The notes: a model not told the origin generated them from the sequence alone. DNA of 64,000 nucleotides from Candidatus Eiseniibacteriota bacterium (GCA_963717505.1 OY970342.1:1056001-1120000); one strand, 5' to 3'; counted from the first letter of the stretch, positions 10,646-20,485 are shown. Made by a program: numbers and translations.

Positions 10646-11485
10646 CTACTTCGCCGCCAAACCCCGCTGGACCATCGCCGCGATCGAGGTCGCCAGTGTG
10701 TCGGGCTTGGTCTTGAGCACCTGCAGCCACGAGTCCTCGAGCCGCAGCGTGTCGGGCGGCGGGATCCGGTCGAAGCCACGATCCTTCGCCAGCAGGGACC
10801 AGGGCTTGTCCTCGGGCCATTGCCGGCCGGTGCCGACGTAGAGAATCGGGCGTTTGTATTTGTCGAGCGCGGTCGACACGTCGAGTCCCAGCAGCACGCT
10901 GAAGTAGGGCTTCATGGTGGCCGGCGGCACCTGCATGACGCCGGCCAGCACCTCGGCGCTCTCGGCCGAGTCGCGACCCGCCATGCCGTACGTCATCTTG
11001 ATGAACTGGTCGTAGTTCGCGTCGATCCATTCGAAGAACTGCTTGCGCTGTTGGTCGGGAATCTGCTGGGACGTGCGCAGCGGCGTGTCGATCAGCACCA
11101 GGGCGCGCGCCCGCTCCGGATGCGCGCCCGCAGCGACCGAAGCCAGGAGCCCGCCGACGCCACGCCCGACCACGATCGTGCTGTCCTTGGGCTGGCGCGC
11201 GAACACGGCGTCGAGTGCTGCGGCCGCGGCTTCGATCGAGAACGGGTCGGGCATTTCGGCGCCGCCATGGCCCGGGAGGTCGACCAGCACCACGCGGTGG
11301 CGTGCGACCAGACGGCGCGCGACCGGCATCCAGGAGCTGCGGGCGGCGCCGACGTCGGTGACGAACACGATGGTCGGTCCGGTTCCGATCTCGGTGGTCT
11401 TGAGCGCCACGGGTTCCCCGGCGGCGAACACCACCGTGACCCCGGCGAGAACCGCAACCAGAACCGCAAGACGTTGGAGTCGCAT
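10646..11485 (-). CDS. Secreted alpha/beta-hydrolase-fold protein, catalytic Ser absent
   Basis: Signal peptide MRLQRLAVLVAVLAG..; VLVDLPGHG; elbow reads VVGRGVGG instead of GxSxG. Confidence 0.85.
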   Translation of the reverse strand: MRLQRLAVLVAVLAGVTVVFAAGEPVALKTTEIGTGPTIVFVTDVGAARSSWMPVARRLVARHRVVLVDLPGHGGAEMPDPFSIEAAAAALDAVFARQPKDSTIVVGRGVGGLLASVAAGAHPERARALVLIDTPLRTSQQIPDQQRKQFFEWIDANYDQFIKMTYGMAGRDSAESAEVLAGVMQVPPATMKPYFSVLLGLDVSTALDKYKRPILYVGTGRQWPEDKPWSLLAKDRGFDRIPPPDTLRLEDSWLQVLKTKPDTLATSIAAMVQRGLAAK

Positions 11486-11640
11486 CGGCGGACACGCTAG
11501 CACGGAACGCCCGCGGGCGCCGCGTCCGGCGGGGAATGGTCGCGCAGGCCCCGCGTCCCGCGCGGCGTGCGTGTACAATCGGCCGCTCGCGCCGGCGGAC
11601 CTCGCCCCGACGCGCCGGAGGATCCGATCTCGTGGATCGC

Positions 11641-12879
11641 ATGACCGTCGAGCTCTCGGCGCTGACCTTCCAGTTCGTGGTCACCGCCCTGCTAGCGTTC
11701 GTCTACCTGGCATTGTGGCGGCAGCGGCGCCGCGGATTCGACGGCACCTGGGCCCTGGCGTGGGCGTTCTATTCGACGCGCCTGCTCTTCATCTCGGCGT
11801 TCATCGTGACCCGAGACCAGGTCTGGTTGTTCCTGCACCAGGTCGCGACCGGCGTCTCCGCGCTGCTGCTGCTCTACGCGGCCCTGCGATTCCTGAACGA
11901 CATCCACTGGGGTCGGGCGCGACTGGCCTGGATCGTCGCCGGGATCGTCGTCGGGTCCTACCTCATCATTTACGGGATCAGCGCGGTCGCGGGAGGCGTG
12001 GTGTCCGCGGCGCTGTTGTCCGCGGTCACCCTCGCGACCGCGGTCGTGTTCTGGCGCCATCGCGCGCGCCAGAGGTCGGCGGCATCGACTCTGCTCGCGG
12101 TCACGTTCACGCTTTGGGGGCTTCACCACCTCGACTATCCGCTGCTGCGGATGTTCGGCACCGCGGTGCTGTTCGGGGTCGCCGCTGACGTGCTGTTCAT
12201 TGCGACGACCGCGATCGGCGCCTTGTTCCTGGTGCTCGACCACGACCGGCGCACTCTGGAGTCGCGCAGCGCCCAGCTCGAACAGCTCACCCGGCTGCTG
12301 CTCACCGCGCAGGAGGACGAGCGGCGGCGGATCGCCCGCGAGCTCCACGACGAGGCGGGCCAGATCCTGACGGCGGTCAAGATCGACCTCGACCTCTCGG
12401 GTCAGCGCGCCTCGAGCGAGCTGGTCGGGCGCGCGCTGTCGCAGGTGCGCGACTTGAGTAATTTGCTGCGGCCGACGGTGCTCGACGATCTCGGGCTCTT
12501 GCCGGCGGTGCGCGCCCTGGTGGAGGATTTCGGCATGCGCACGCGCATCCAGGTCGAAATGCAGGTCGCCGGCGACGTGCCGTCGATGACCCCCGAGCAG
12601 AAGGTCGCCATCTACCGCATCGTCCAGGAGGGTCTGACCAACGTCGGCCGGCATTCCGGCGCGAGCCGCGTCGTGGTCGCGGTCGACCCGAGTCCGGAAC
12701 GTGTGCGCCTGACCATCTCGGACAATGGCCGGGGGCCGGGCATCGAGCTGACGCCCAATCTCGGGCTGCTCGGCATGCGCGAGCGGATTTCGGCGCTCGG
12801 CGGCTCCCTCCTGATCGGTGCGGCGGAAGATCGCGGCTTCCAGGTCGCGGTCGAGATCCCGACCGGCCCACGGCCATGA
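11641..12879 (+). CDS. Multi-TM sensor histidine kinase (HisKA_3, NarX/UhpB-like)
   Basis: About 7 TM helices; EDERRRIARELHDEAGQ, YRIVQEGLTNV, SDNGRG, GLLGMRER. Confidence 0.93.
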   Translation: MTVELSALTFQFVVTALLAFVYLALWRQRRRGFDGTWALAWAFYSTRLLFISAFIVTRDQVWLFLHQVATGVSALLLLYAALRFLNDIHWGRARLAWIVAGIVVGSYLIIYGISAVAGGVVSAALLSAVTLATAVVFWRHRARQRSAASTLLAVTFTLWGLHHLDYPLLRMFGTAVLFGVAADVLFIATTAIGALFLVLDHDRRTLESRSAQLEQLTRLLLTAQEDERRRIARELHDEAGQILTAVKIDLDLSGQRASSELVGRALSQVRDLSNLLRPTVLDDLGLLPAVRALVEDFGMRTRIQVEMQVAGDVPSMTPEQKVAIYRIVQEGLTNVGRHSGASRVVVAVDPSPERVRLTISDNGRGPGIELTPNLGLLGMRERISALGGSLLIGAAEDRGFQVAVEIPTGPRP

Positions 12880-13535
12880 GTGCCTCGCGCCCGATCCGCG
12901 TCCTGCTCGCCGACGATCACACGTTGGTCCGCGCGGGATTGCGCAAGATCCTCGAAGGCGCGGCCGGCGTCGAGGTGATCGGCGAGGTTCCGAACGGCGA
13001 GGCAGCGCTACGCGTTCTGGGCGAGACCGAGGTCGACGTGCTGGTGCTCGACCTGACCATGCCCGGGATCGATGGTTTCGAGGTGCTGCGGCGGGTCGAG
13101 TCGCGCCACCCGGCCACGCGCGTTCTGGTGCTGACCATGCACGCCGACGCCGAACACGCGTTCCGCGCGATCCGCGACGGCGCCGAAGGTTATCTGGTCA
13201 AGGACTCGGCGGCCGACGATCTCCTCGCCGGCATCCAGTCGGTCATGGCCGGCCGCGCGTACTACAGCGAGCCGGTGCAGCGCGCGCTGTCGGCGGTGGT
13301 GCGCACCGGGCAACTCGAGCCGCGGGCGGCCGACCTGCTCACCGGGCGCGAAGTCGAAGTGCTCCGGCTGGTGGCGAAGGGACTCTCGACCAAGGAAATC
13401 GCCTCGCGCCTGGACATCAGCGCCCGCACCGTCGAGACCCACCGCGCGAATCTGATGCGCAAGCTGAATCTCAAGTCCGTGGCACTCCTGACGCAGCTCG
13501 CGCTGCGCGAGGGGCTGATCGACGAGGCGCCATGA
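12876..13535 (+). CDS. NarL/FixJ-family response regulator (REC + LuxR HTH)
   Basis: LLADDH, VLDLTMPG, LTGREVEVL..GLSTKEIA..TVETHRANLMRKL; ATGA overlap with kinase. Confidence 0.95.
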   Translation: MSASRPIRVLLADDHTLVRAGLRKILEGAAGVEVIGEVPNGEAALRVLGETEVDVLVLDLTMPGIDGFEVLRRVESRHPATRVLVLTMHADAEHAFRAIRDGAEGYLVKDSAADDLLAGIQSVMAGRAYYSEPVQRALSAVVRTGQLEPRAADLLTGREVEVLRLVAKGLSTKEIASRLDISARTVETHRANLMRKLNLKSVALLTQLALREGLIDEAP

Positions 13536-14653
13536 GCGCGCCCGAGGGCGACGACCTCCGCATCGATGGCTCGATCGTCGTCTATCGACTGCACGACATC
13601 GGCGACGAGGTCGACCTCGAACGGGCCACGAGCTGCCTTGCGCCCCACGAGCCGGAACGCAAGCGGCCTTCCCGCGCCGAGGCACAGGCCCTGGTCATCG
13701 CCAGCCCGCCGGTCGGCGCTTCCCTCGGAGTCGCGCCGCTGACCCTGGGCGAGTTCACGCTCGATGCCGCGATCACCGCCCGGGTGTTCGACTTCGCGGT
13801 CGTGTCGTTGCGCTTGGAGTTCCGGATGCCTCCGGGCATGCTCTGGCAGGAGTTCCTCGCCTTCGCCCGCGGCATCGACCTGGTGCGGACCGCCTCGCCG
13901 GTGCTCGATCTGGCGCTCGATCGACTGCTCGATCGCTTGAAGCCTGCGATCGACCGCCCGCACCTGGCCACGGTGACCGAGGACTACATCGTCTATCGCA
14001 TCGAAGCGCTGCGCGACGGCGACGGCAAGTCGGTCCCCGCCTCGCGGCTCCACGACGAAGACCTGGCGCCACTGCTGCTTGGCGAGAAGAAACCGCTCGC
14101 GGCTTCCGCGCTGCGCGAGCTGTTGCCGAATCGATTCTCGTACTACCCCGACGACCTCGCGATCCTCGGCTGGTACGGATCGCTGGTGGTCGAGCCGGAT
14201 CGCGACGACACCGACGTGCAATACGTGCTCGAGTTCGCGAACGCCCAGCTGCTGGAGCTCCGCGTCTACGACCAGGTGCTCGATCGCGAGCTGCCCAAAG
14301 TCCACGCGCGGATCGCGGCGTCGCGGACCGGCGCGGTCCTGCTCGGACGCCGGTTTGCGCCGCTGCTCGGCGAGCTGCAGAGCCTGGTGGCCGAGACCAC
14401 CGAGACCGTCGAGCGCGCCGAGAACGCCTTCAAAGTGACCGACGACGTCTACCTTGCACGCATCTATTCGGCGGCGCTCGAGATCTTTCGCGGCCGCGCC
14501 TGGCGCGCCGGCATCGACCGCAAGCTCGGTATCCTGCGCGACACCTACACGATGCTCTCCGACGAGTCCCGGGCCGCGCGCTCCGAGGTGCTCGAACTGG
14601 CGATCGTGATTCTGATCGTCGTCGAGATCGTCCTCGGCCTGCTCCGCCACTGA
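13532..14653 (+). CDS. RMD1/DUF155-like protein with C-terminal TM helix
   Basis: LEFANAQLLELRVYD, DDVYLARIY, LELAIVILIVVEI; ATGA overlap with regulator. Confidence 0.75.
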   Translation: MSAPEGDDLRIDGSIVVYRLHDIGDEVDLERATSCLAPHEPERKRPSRAEAQALVIASPPVGASLGVAPLTLGEFTLDAAITARVFDFAVVSLRLEFRMPPGMLWQEFLAFARGIDLVRTASPVLDLALDRLLDRLKPAIDRPHLATVTEDYIVYRIEALRDGDGKSVPASRLHDEDLAPLLLGEKKPLAASALRELLPNRFSYYPDDLAILGWYGSLVVEPDRDDTDVQYVLEFANAQLLELRVYDQVLDRELPKVHARIAASRTGAVLLGRRFAPLLGELQSLVAETTETVERAENAFKVTDDVYLARIYSAALEIFRGRAWRAGIDRKLGILRDTYTMLSDESRAARSEVLELAIVILIVVEIVLGLLRH

Positions 14654-14793
14654 CCACCCGCGCGCACGCCCGGAGCGGCTGAACTGCACGACGCCGGAAG
14701 TGGGTGACTGGCCAACGTCGTGTCCTGCAGCGCGCCCTGCGCTAGCTCGATTCCTGCATCGTTCCCGCCCCCATTCGACGCGGCTCGCAACGC

Positions 14794-14809
14794 TCCGTAG
14801 TGCTACGGA
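14794..14809. promoter_or_regulatory. 7-2-7 inverted repeat TCCGTAG-tg-CTACGGA, candidate NarL-family operator
   Basis: Perfect 7-bp arms about 100 nt upstream of the TonB receptor start. Confidence 0.5.
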
Positions 14810-14911
14810 AGCCGGCCTCCGCAATCAACACAATAGTTTCCCGAGGGGGTCACGCCCTATGTTCCGCAGTGTCCTTCATCCCGAGTCGGTGGGTTCGCGG
14901 AGAAGACGGTC

Positions 14912-17173
14912 ATGATGCTCGGCGATCTCAACCGAATACAGTGGTCCCGTCTCCGTCCCTTGGTCCTGCCTCCAGCCATGGCGATCGCACTCGGTATGGG
15001 AAGCACCGGCCGCCCGGCTCAGGCGTCCGGCGTCACACGTTTCAACAGCCCTAGCGCATTTGTCTCCGTGGCGTCGGACGCTGATTCGTCGGCGCGTAGC
15101 GACTCGTCGGCCGTTGTATCCGCCCCTCGTGATTCCGCCGCGGTTCCGGCCCCACTCCCCGCGCGCCCCAGCGTCGTCGACACGGTCACGACGCTGCCCC
15201 CGGTCGATGTCCGTGATACGCGGCGCGAGCCCGGCGACGATCGCCAGACCTCGACCCGGGTTCGTCTCGACCGCGCGACCGCCACTCGCTTCCTGCCTCA
15301 GACGGTGGGCGATGCTCTGGCCTCGGTGCCAGGGGTCGAGCTGGTCAAGACCAGCCCCTGGGCGTCACAACTTTCGATCCGCGGCATGAGTGGCGATCGC
15401 GTGGTGCTCATGGTCGACGGCGTGCGCATGAACACCGTGCGCGGACACGGGGTTCAGCCCTCGCTGGTCGCCCTCGACAACGTTTCGAGCCTCGAGGTGC
15501 TGCCCGGCGCCGGCAGCGCCCACGTCGGCTCCGACGCACTCGGCGGCGTCGTCAACGTCGTCACCCATCGTGGCCTGTTCTCCGACCAGCCGCGCACCAC
15601 CGCGCTGGTACGGGCGCGCGGGTCGGAGCCCGGTGCTTCGTACTCGCAGGCGGCACGCATGCGGATCACCGGACCGCGTGCCGGAATCGAGGTCGGCGGC
15701 GGCATCGGTTCGATCGACTATCTGACTTCGGCCGACGGCAGGATTCCGGACAGTGGCATGCGCGAGGAGAACGCATCGGTGCGCGGCGCAGCTCGTGCCG
15801 GCGCCGCAACGCTCGACGCCGAGTATTCGCATTACGCAGCCCGCGACATCGGGCTGCCAGGGTTCACCGGGGGCGCCGTAATCGAGGGCTCGTACCCGCT
15901 TCAGGGGCGTGATGCGTCCAGGGTCGAGTTCGCGGTGAAGGGGAGCGGCGCCTTCCCGGAATTCCGCGTGCTGGGATCGCACCAGAATCTCAGCACGCAC
16001 TTCAGTGAGACCGCGGTCGAGAGTGTTTTCGTCCGTGGTCGACTCGTCGGCACCCGTACGCGCGCGTCGCAGGATCGTGTCGCGACCCGCGTGACCAGCG
16101 CGGAGCCCTCTCTTCGCTTCGCGGGGCCCTTCGCTGGACGGGTGTTCGGCGAGTTCCGGCGTGAAACCGCCGAAGGACCGTTGGTTCTCGATCTGATCGT
16201 GCGCGACAACCAGGGCACGGTCACCTCGGCAACCCAGACCGTGTCGGCCAGCGTCCCCGCGGCCAGCCGCACCGGGTGGGCGGCGGGAACCCAGGTCTCG
16301 CCGATCGTGTTCGGCACGCAGCTCGAAGGTTCGGTCCGCTACGACGAGCTGCACTCCGCGGCCGATACCCTGACCGTTAGCGCGCCGACCCCGCTCGAAG
16401 CCGTCGACCGGGAATGGAGCGTCGCCGGCGGCGTGGCGCGAGCACTCGGACCGATCGAGCCCTACGGCAACGTCGCCACCGGATTTCGCGCGCCCAACCT
16501 GGACGAGCGCTACTTCAACCACACGGTGCACGGCGGGCTTCGGTTGTTCGGCAACCCCGATCTGGTGAGTGAAACTTCGAATTCGTACGAAGTCGGCCTC
16601 CGGTCGTCGGGCGCGGCCCCGAGCTGGGTGCGCGCCGCCCGTTTCTCGGCGTACCGCTCGGACGCCGACAACCTGATTACCTTCCAGTACATCGGACAGC
16701 TCTACGGCGTGCCGCGCTTCCAGTACGTGAACGTGCGCAACGCTCGCATCCAGGGCCTCGAGGCCGAGCTGCGCGTGCGTTGGAATCGAGCCGAGCTCGG
16801 ACTTTCGGGAACGCTGCCGCGCGGCTGGAATCGCGACAGCGGCGAGCCGCTGCAGGATCTCGGCCCGACCCGCGCCATGGTCGAGGCGGTGGTCCCGTTC
16901 TCGGCCGTGCTGCCGAACGGCACTCTCGGCGCGCGCGTGCGCTGGTCCGATGCGGTGACCGACGTCAGTCCGGTGCTCGCGCGTCCGGCGTTTTCGACGA
17001 CTTCGATCCAGGCGGATGCGGTCTTCGCCGGTGTGCGGGCCGTGGCCGCGGTGAACAATCTCTGGAACCACTCGTATCGCGAGCCGCTGAGCTTCGTCCC
17101 GGAGCCGGGGCGGACGTTCTCGTTGTCGCTCACGTTCGAACTGAGCGGCGCCTGGCCCGCGAGTGGACTTTGA
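14912..17173 (+). CDS. TonB-dependent receptor
   Basis: Plug motifs LSIRGM..VLMVDGVRMN, LEVLPGAGSAHVGSDALGGVVNVVT; TGFRAPNLDERY; NNLWNHSYREP..PGRTFSL. Confidence 0.93.
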   Translation: MMLGDLNRIQWSRLRPLVLPPAMAIALGMGSTGRPAQASGVTRFNSPSAFVSVASDADSSARSDSSAVVSAPRDSAAVPAPLPARPSVVDTVTTLPPVDVRDTRREPGDDRQTSTRVRLDRATATRFLPQTVGDALASVPGVELVKTSPWASQLSIRGMSGDRVVLMVDGVRMNTVRGHGVQPSLVALDNVSSLEVLPGAGSAHVGSDALGGVVNVVTHRGLFSDQPRTTALVRARGSEPGASYSQAARMRITGPRAGIEVGGGIGSIDYLTSADGRIPDSGMREENASVRGAARAGAATLDAEYSHYAARDIGLPGFTGGAVIEGSYPLQGRDASRVEFAVKGSGAFPEFRVLGSHQNLSTHFSETAVESVFVRGRLVGTRTRASQDRVATRVTSAEPSLRFAGPFAGRVFGEFRRETAEGPLVLDLIVRDNQGTVTSATQTVSASVPAASRTGWAAGTQVSPIVFGTQLEGSVRYDELHSAADTLTVSAPTPLEAVDREWSVAGGVARALGPIEPYGNVATGFRAPNLDERYFNHTVHGGLRLFGNPDLVSETSNSYEVGLRSSGAAPSWVRAARFSAYRSDADNLITFQYIGQLYGVPRFQYVNVRNARIQGLEAELRVRWNRAELGLSGTLPRGWNRDSGEPLQDLGPTRAMVEAVVPFSAVLPNGTLGARVRWSDAVTDVSPVLARPAFSTTSIQADAVFAGVRAVAAVNNLWNHSYREPLSFVPEPGRTFSLSLTFELSGAWPASGL

Positions 17174-17203
17174 GCCGTGACTTCTAGGAGAAGGCCGCTT
17201 CGG

Positions 17204-19384
17204 ATGCCCAGATCGACATGGAAGTTCGCCCTCGCCGCCACGGCGGCGATCGTTGCAACGGAGGCCGGTGCGGCGTTTGCCCGAACAACTCCCAACGTCA
17301 CCGACCGGTTGGTGCTGCCCGTCACGAACGGAGCGTCGCAGATGCAAAGAGCCCAGGGTTCGACCGGGACGTCTGAGGCGCGCGTTGCGAACGGTGCGGC
17401 ACCCTATTCCGTCGGCCGCATGTCCCCCCTGGCGCCGCGAATGGGTGCGCCACCCGGTGTGGCCGGCGCCGACGCCCCGAGCGGCGGCGCCTCGAGCCAC
17501 GCGCTTGCGAGACGCGTCGCTCCTCAGCCCTCTGCCGGCACGACCGGCACGTTCATCCACCGCTCGACACCCTCGCTCGACCACGAGATGGCCGTGCCGG
17601 TTCCGCTTGCCGCCGGCGCGGTGCAGATCGACTCCACGTACTGGGATCACCAGGACATGGGCTCGCTCGGCAACCGGATCGTCGTCCGCCCGAACGGCGA
17701 GGTGCACGTCACCTGGCAGGACGATCACTGCGACGTTGCCCCCGGCGGCTGTCCGCCCAATCTGGCCGCTCCCGATCCGTTTCCGCGTCGCGCGATGGGC
17801 TATGCCTGGCGCGACCAGACCGGATGGCACTCGGGCGGCCGGGTCGAGGATCCGGACATCCGCGGCTGCTGCGTCACCGAGTACTCGGGCGGCTACGGCA
17901 CGATTGCGCTGACCGCGAATGGCCGTGCGGCGATCGCGCAACACATGAACGAGGACGGATGTGACCTGCGAGGCGATCTCTACATTCGCGACGTCGCCGG
18001 GCCCAGTGCTTCGACCGCGTACCTGACTCCGTGGACCGACTACCTGTTTCCGCAAGTCGCCGCACTGCCCAACGGCGCATTCGTGATGCTCGGAGAAATT
18101 CCGCTGTCTCCGCCCTCCCACTTCTATGAGGAGGTCGCATCCTTCCAGGCGAGCTACCTGCCCGCCGAGGGGCCGCGCTTCGTCTGCTACACCGGCTGGC
18201 AGTTCAGCGCCTGGCGTGCGATTGCGCCGTCCGGCTATTTCCCCCCGAACGGGTACAGCGGGTTTCCGTCGCTGGCCGCGGCCAGCGACGGCCGCGCCGG
18301 CATCGCGGTCACCGACTTCGTCGACGACGTCTTCCTGATCGAGTCGTCGAACGGCACGTTCCTGCCGGGGACGATCACGATCCGCAACCTCACGAACTTC
18401 AACGACGCGTTGGTGACCAAAGCGGATTCGACCTCCACCGAGTACCGCCCGTACATCAACTGCCATCTCGCCTATCAGGACACGATTCCGCACGTGGTGT
18501 GGAGCGAGCTGCAGGCGCGGCGCATCGGCCCGGGCATCGAGGTCTTCGACTGGCGCAGCCAGATTCGCCACTGGAGCTCGACCACCGGGCTCTCGACGGT
18601 CGCGCGCTCGGCGCCGGGCGAAGCCGACGCGTTCGACAACCTCGACATCGGGCTCAATGGTCCGATCGCGGGTTTCAACACGATCTCGATGGACTGGCCG
18701 CAGGTCGGGTTCTCGCCTGACGGCTTCGAGACCTACGTGGTCTGGCATCGCTTCACCAACGCCGAGATCGATCCGACCGCGGACGCGGGCCTGCCGGGGA
18801 TCATCACCGGCGTCGGCTTCGGCGACATCATGGGCAGTACGCGCCGCCAGGGCACGGGTTGGTCCACGGGCCAGAATCTGACGCAGACGCCCCAGACCGA
18901 TGAGCGCTTCGTGTCGCTCGCCGCGCTCAATCCCGGCGGCCGCGTCCACCTCGTCTACCAGTCGTCGGCCACCAACCAGGCCGGCGTCGTCGCGATCGGC
19001 GACCGCGGCGGCGAGAACTGCGGGCCGACCGGCTGCATCCCGGGCGAGAACTTCGTCCGGCGCATCGCGTTCCTGTCGCGACGGCTCGACGCCAGCGTCG
19101 TGTCGGTCGGCGAATCCCCCGAGGCTTCTGTTGCCACGTTGCGCTCGTTCCCCAATCCCGCTCGCGGCGTCGTTCGCTTCGCCGCAGAGCGCGCCATCGA
19201 CGGCGAGTTCATCGAGGTGTTCTCGGTGGACGGCCGGCGGGTCGCCCGCATCCCGGTCGCGGGTGGCGCTGCCGCGTGGGACGGGCGCAACACGGCCGGG
19301 CGTCGCGTGGCGAGTGGGATCTACTTTGCCCGCTTCGCCGGCGAGCCCGCCGATCGCGGCACTCGATTCATGATGCTGCAGTAG
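17204..19384 (+). CDS. Secreted beta-rich protein with C-terminal FlgD-Ig/T9SS-type-A-like domain
   Basis: Signal peptide; C-terminus FPNPARG..IEVFSVDGRRVARI..WDGRNTAGRRVASGIYFAR. Confidence 0.85.
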   Translation: MPRSTWKFALAATAAIVATEAGAAFARTTPNVTDRLVLPVTNGASQMQRAQGSTGTSEARVANGAAPYSVGRMSPLAPRMGAPPGVAGADAPSGGASSHALARRVAPQPSAGTTGTFIHRSTPSLDHEMAVPVPLAAGAVQIDSTYWDHQDMGSLGNRIVVRPNGEVHVTWQDDHCDVAPGGCPPNLAAPDPFPRRAMGYAWRDQTGWHSGGRVEDPDIRGCCVTEYSGGYGTIALTANGRAAIAQHMNEDGCDLRGDLYIRDVAGPSASTAYLTPWTDYLFPQVAALPNGAFVMLGEIPLSPPSHFYEEVASFQASYLPAEGPRFVCYTGWQFSAWRAIAPSGYFPPNGYSGFPSLAAASDGRAGIAVTDFVDDVFLIESSNGTFLPGTITIRNLTNFNDALVTKADSTSTEYRPYINCHLAYQDTIPHVVWSELQARRIGPGIEVFDWRSQIRHWSSTTGLSTVARSAPGEADAFDNLDIGLNGPIAGFNTISMDWPQVGFSPDGFETYVVWHRFTNAEIDPTADAGLPGIITGVGFGDIMGSTRRQGTGWSTGQNLTQTPQTDERFVSLAALNPGGRVHLVYQSSATNQAGVVAIGDRGGENCGPTGCIPGENFVRRIAFLSRRLDASVVSVGESPEASVATLRSFPNPARGVVRFAAERAIDGEFIEVFSVDGRRVARIPVAGGAAAWDGRNTAGRRVASGIYFARFAGEPADRGTRFMMLQ

Positions 19385-19470
19385 TCAAGACCCACCTGGA
19401 GACGTCCGAAGACTAGTCCGTCCAGTCGGCCGCGCCTCCCCGCGCGATCGCATCCCTAGAGGAGACATCC

Positions 19471-20259
19471 ATGGCTTCCTTCGCTACGGTTCGGAGGTTC
19501 GCTTCGCTCGCCTGCCTGGCGGTGCTCGTCGTCGTTGTCAGTGGATTCCGCCCAATCAGGGCTCTGTCCCTGCTGGCCGCCGAGCACGTCACCGGCGGCG
19601 TGCTCGATCTGCCGTGGCTCAACGGCTTCGGCGTCTCGAGCAACATGAAGCCGTTGACGCTCGACCCGGGGCATCCGGCGTACGCCAACCCGTCCGGAGA
19701 CCACACGGTGGGCGAGGCCATGACCTCGTTCGCGCCGGACAGCGGCGGCATCGTCGTGACCTGCACCGACCCAGGCGGCGTCAGCACGTACTGGTGGGAG
19801 GGCTGGGTGTTCACCGGCGATGGCAACTCTCGCCGCGGTCTGATCGTGCGTGCCGACCCTTCCAACATGTTCGCGACCAACTACCAGTTCGTCATGCAGC
19901 AGGGCATGGCCCAGTTTGCGTTCCGTCGGCTCAGCGGCCAAGGGCCGGCGACCACGCTCAGGTCCTGGTTCTCCGGCAACTTCCCCGGCGGCGTTCCTCA
20001 GGTCAACACCTGGCATCACATGGCGATCTGGGCTGAGGGACCGAGGTTCCAGTGCTATTGGGATGGATTCGAGACGACCTCACTCGATAGCGCGGTCCTC
20101 GACAACACGCTCCCCAGCGGCTGGGTCGGCGTTTACAACTTCCGCGCCGATCTCGGCTTCATCCCGTTCTACACGGACGACCTGCTGCTCTACAGCGAGC
20201 CGCCGACCACACCGGTGAAGGTCGCAACCTGGGGCGAGGTCAAACGCCGCTGGAAGTAG
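19471..20259 (+). CDS. Secreted ConA/DUF1080-like beta-sandwich protein with C-terminal TWGxxK tag
   Basis: RBS GAGGAG; signal peptide; NTWHHMAIWAEG..SGWVGV; ends PVKVATWGEVKRRWK. Confidence 0.8.
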   Translation: MASFATVRRFASLACLAVLVVVVSGFRPIRALSLLAAEHVTGGVLDLPWLNGFGVSSNMKPLTLDPGHPAYANPSGDHTVGEAMTSFAPDSGGIVVTCTDPGGVSTYWWEGWVFTGDGNSRRGLIVRADPSNMFATNYQFVMQQGMAQFAFRRLSGQGPATTLRSWFSGNFPGGVPQVNTWHHMAIWAEGPRFQCYWDGFETTSLDSAVLDNTLPSGWVGVYNFRADLGFIPFYTDDLLLYSEPPTTPVKVATWGEVKRRWK

Positions 20260-20278
20260 CCTCGCGCAAGTAGCGAAT

Positions 20279-20320
20279 CGAGCCCCGATCGGCGCACTGC
20301 CGGCCGGGGCTCGTTTCTTT
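20279..20320 (+). terminator. Rho-independent terminator of the TonB operon
   Basis: CGAGCCCCG..CGGGGCTCG stem followed by TTTCTTT. Confidence 0.8.
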
Positions 20321-20332
20321 GTCGGGCGAATC

Positions 20333-20485
20333 GGCCGCTACGGCGGGGGGTCGGGGGCATCGACGGCGAGGTGGGCGAGAGCGGAGCGGGCAACCCGACG
20401 TTCCGGCCAGGCCGAGCGAGGTTGCCCGCGGAGCGACGGGTCCCGCCGCAGCCGACGATGCCCCCGACCCCACGCCGTAGCGGCC
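20333..20485. repeat. 153-bp intergenic palindromic element (MITE/REP-like or structured RNA)
   Basis: 35-bp arms 20333-20367/20451-20485 with 2 mismatches; inner 10-bp stem 20386-20395/20420-20429. Confidence 0.8.

Noticed and set aside
14654-14911. Possible cobalamin or other riboswitch upstream of the TonB receptor
   Set aside because: No B12-box or GGGAA...GCCCCCGCNACTGT core seen.
15365-18949. 1194-aa minus-strand ORF and many other long antisense or alternate-frame ORFs (e.g. 5533-7632, 47738-49933)
   Set aside because: Shadow ORFs of high-GC genes: Arg/Ala/Gly-rich, no motifs, and they overlap well-supported genes.
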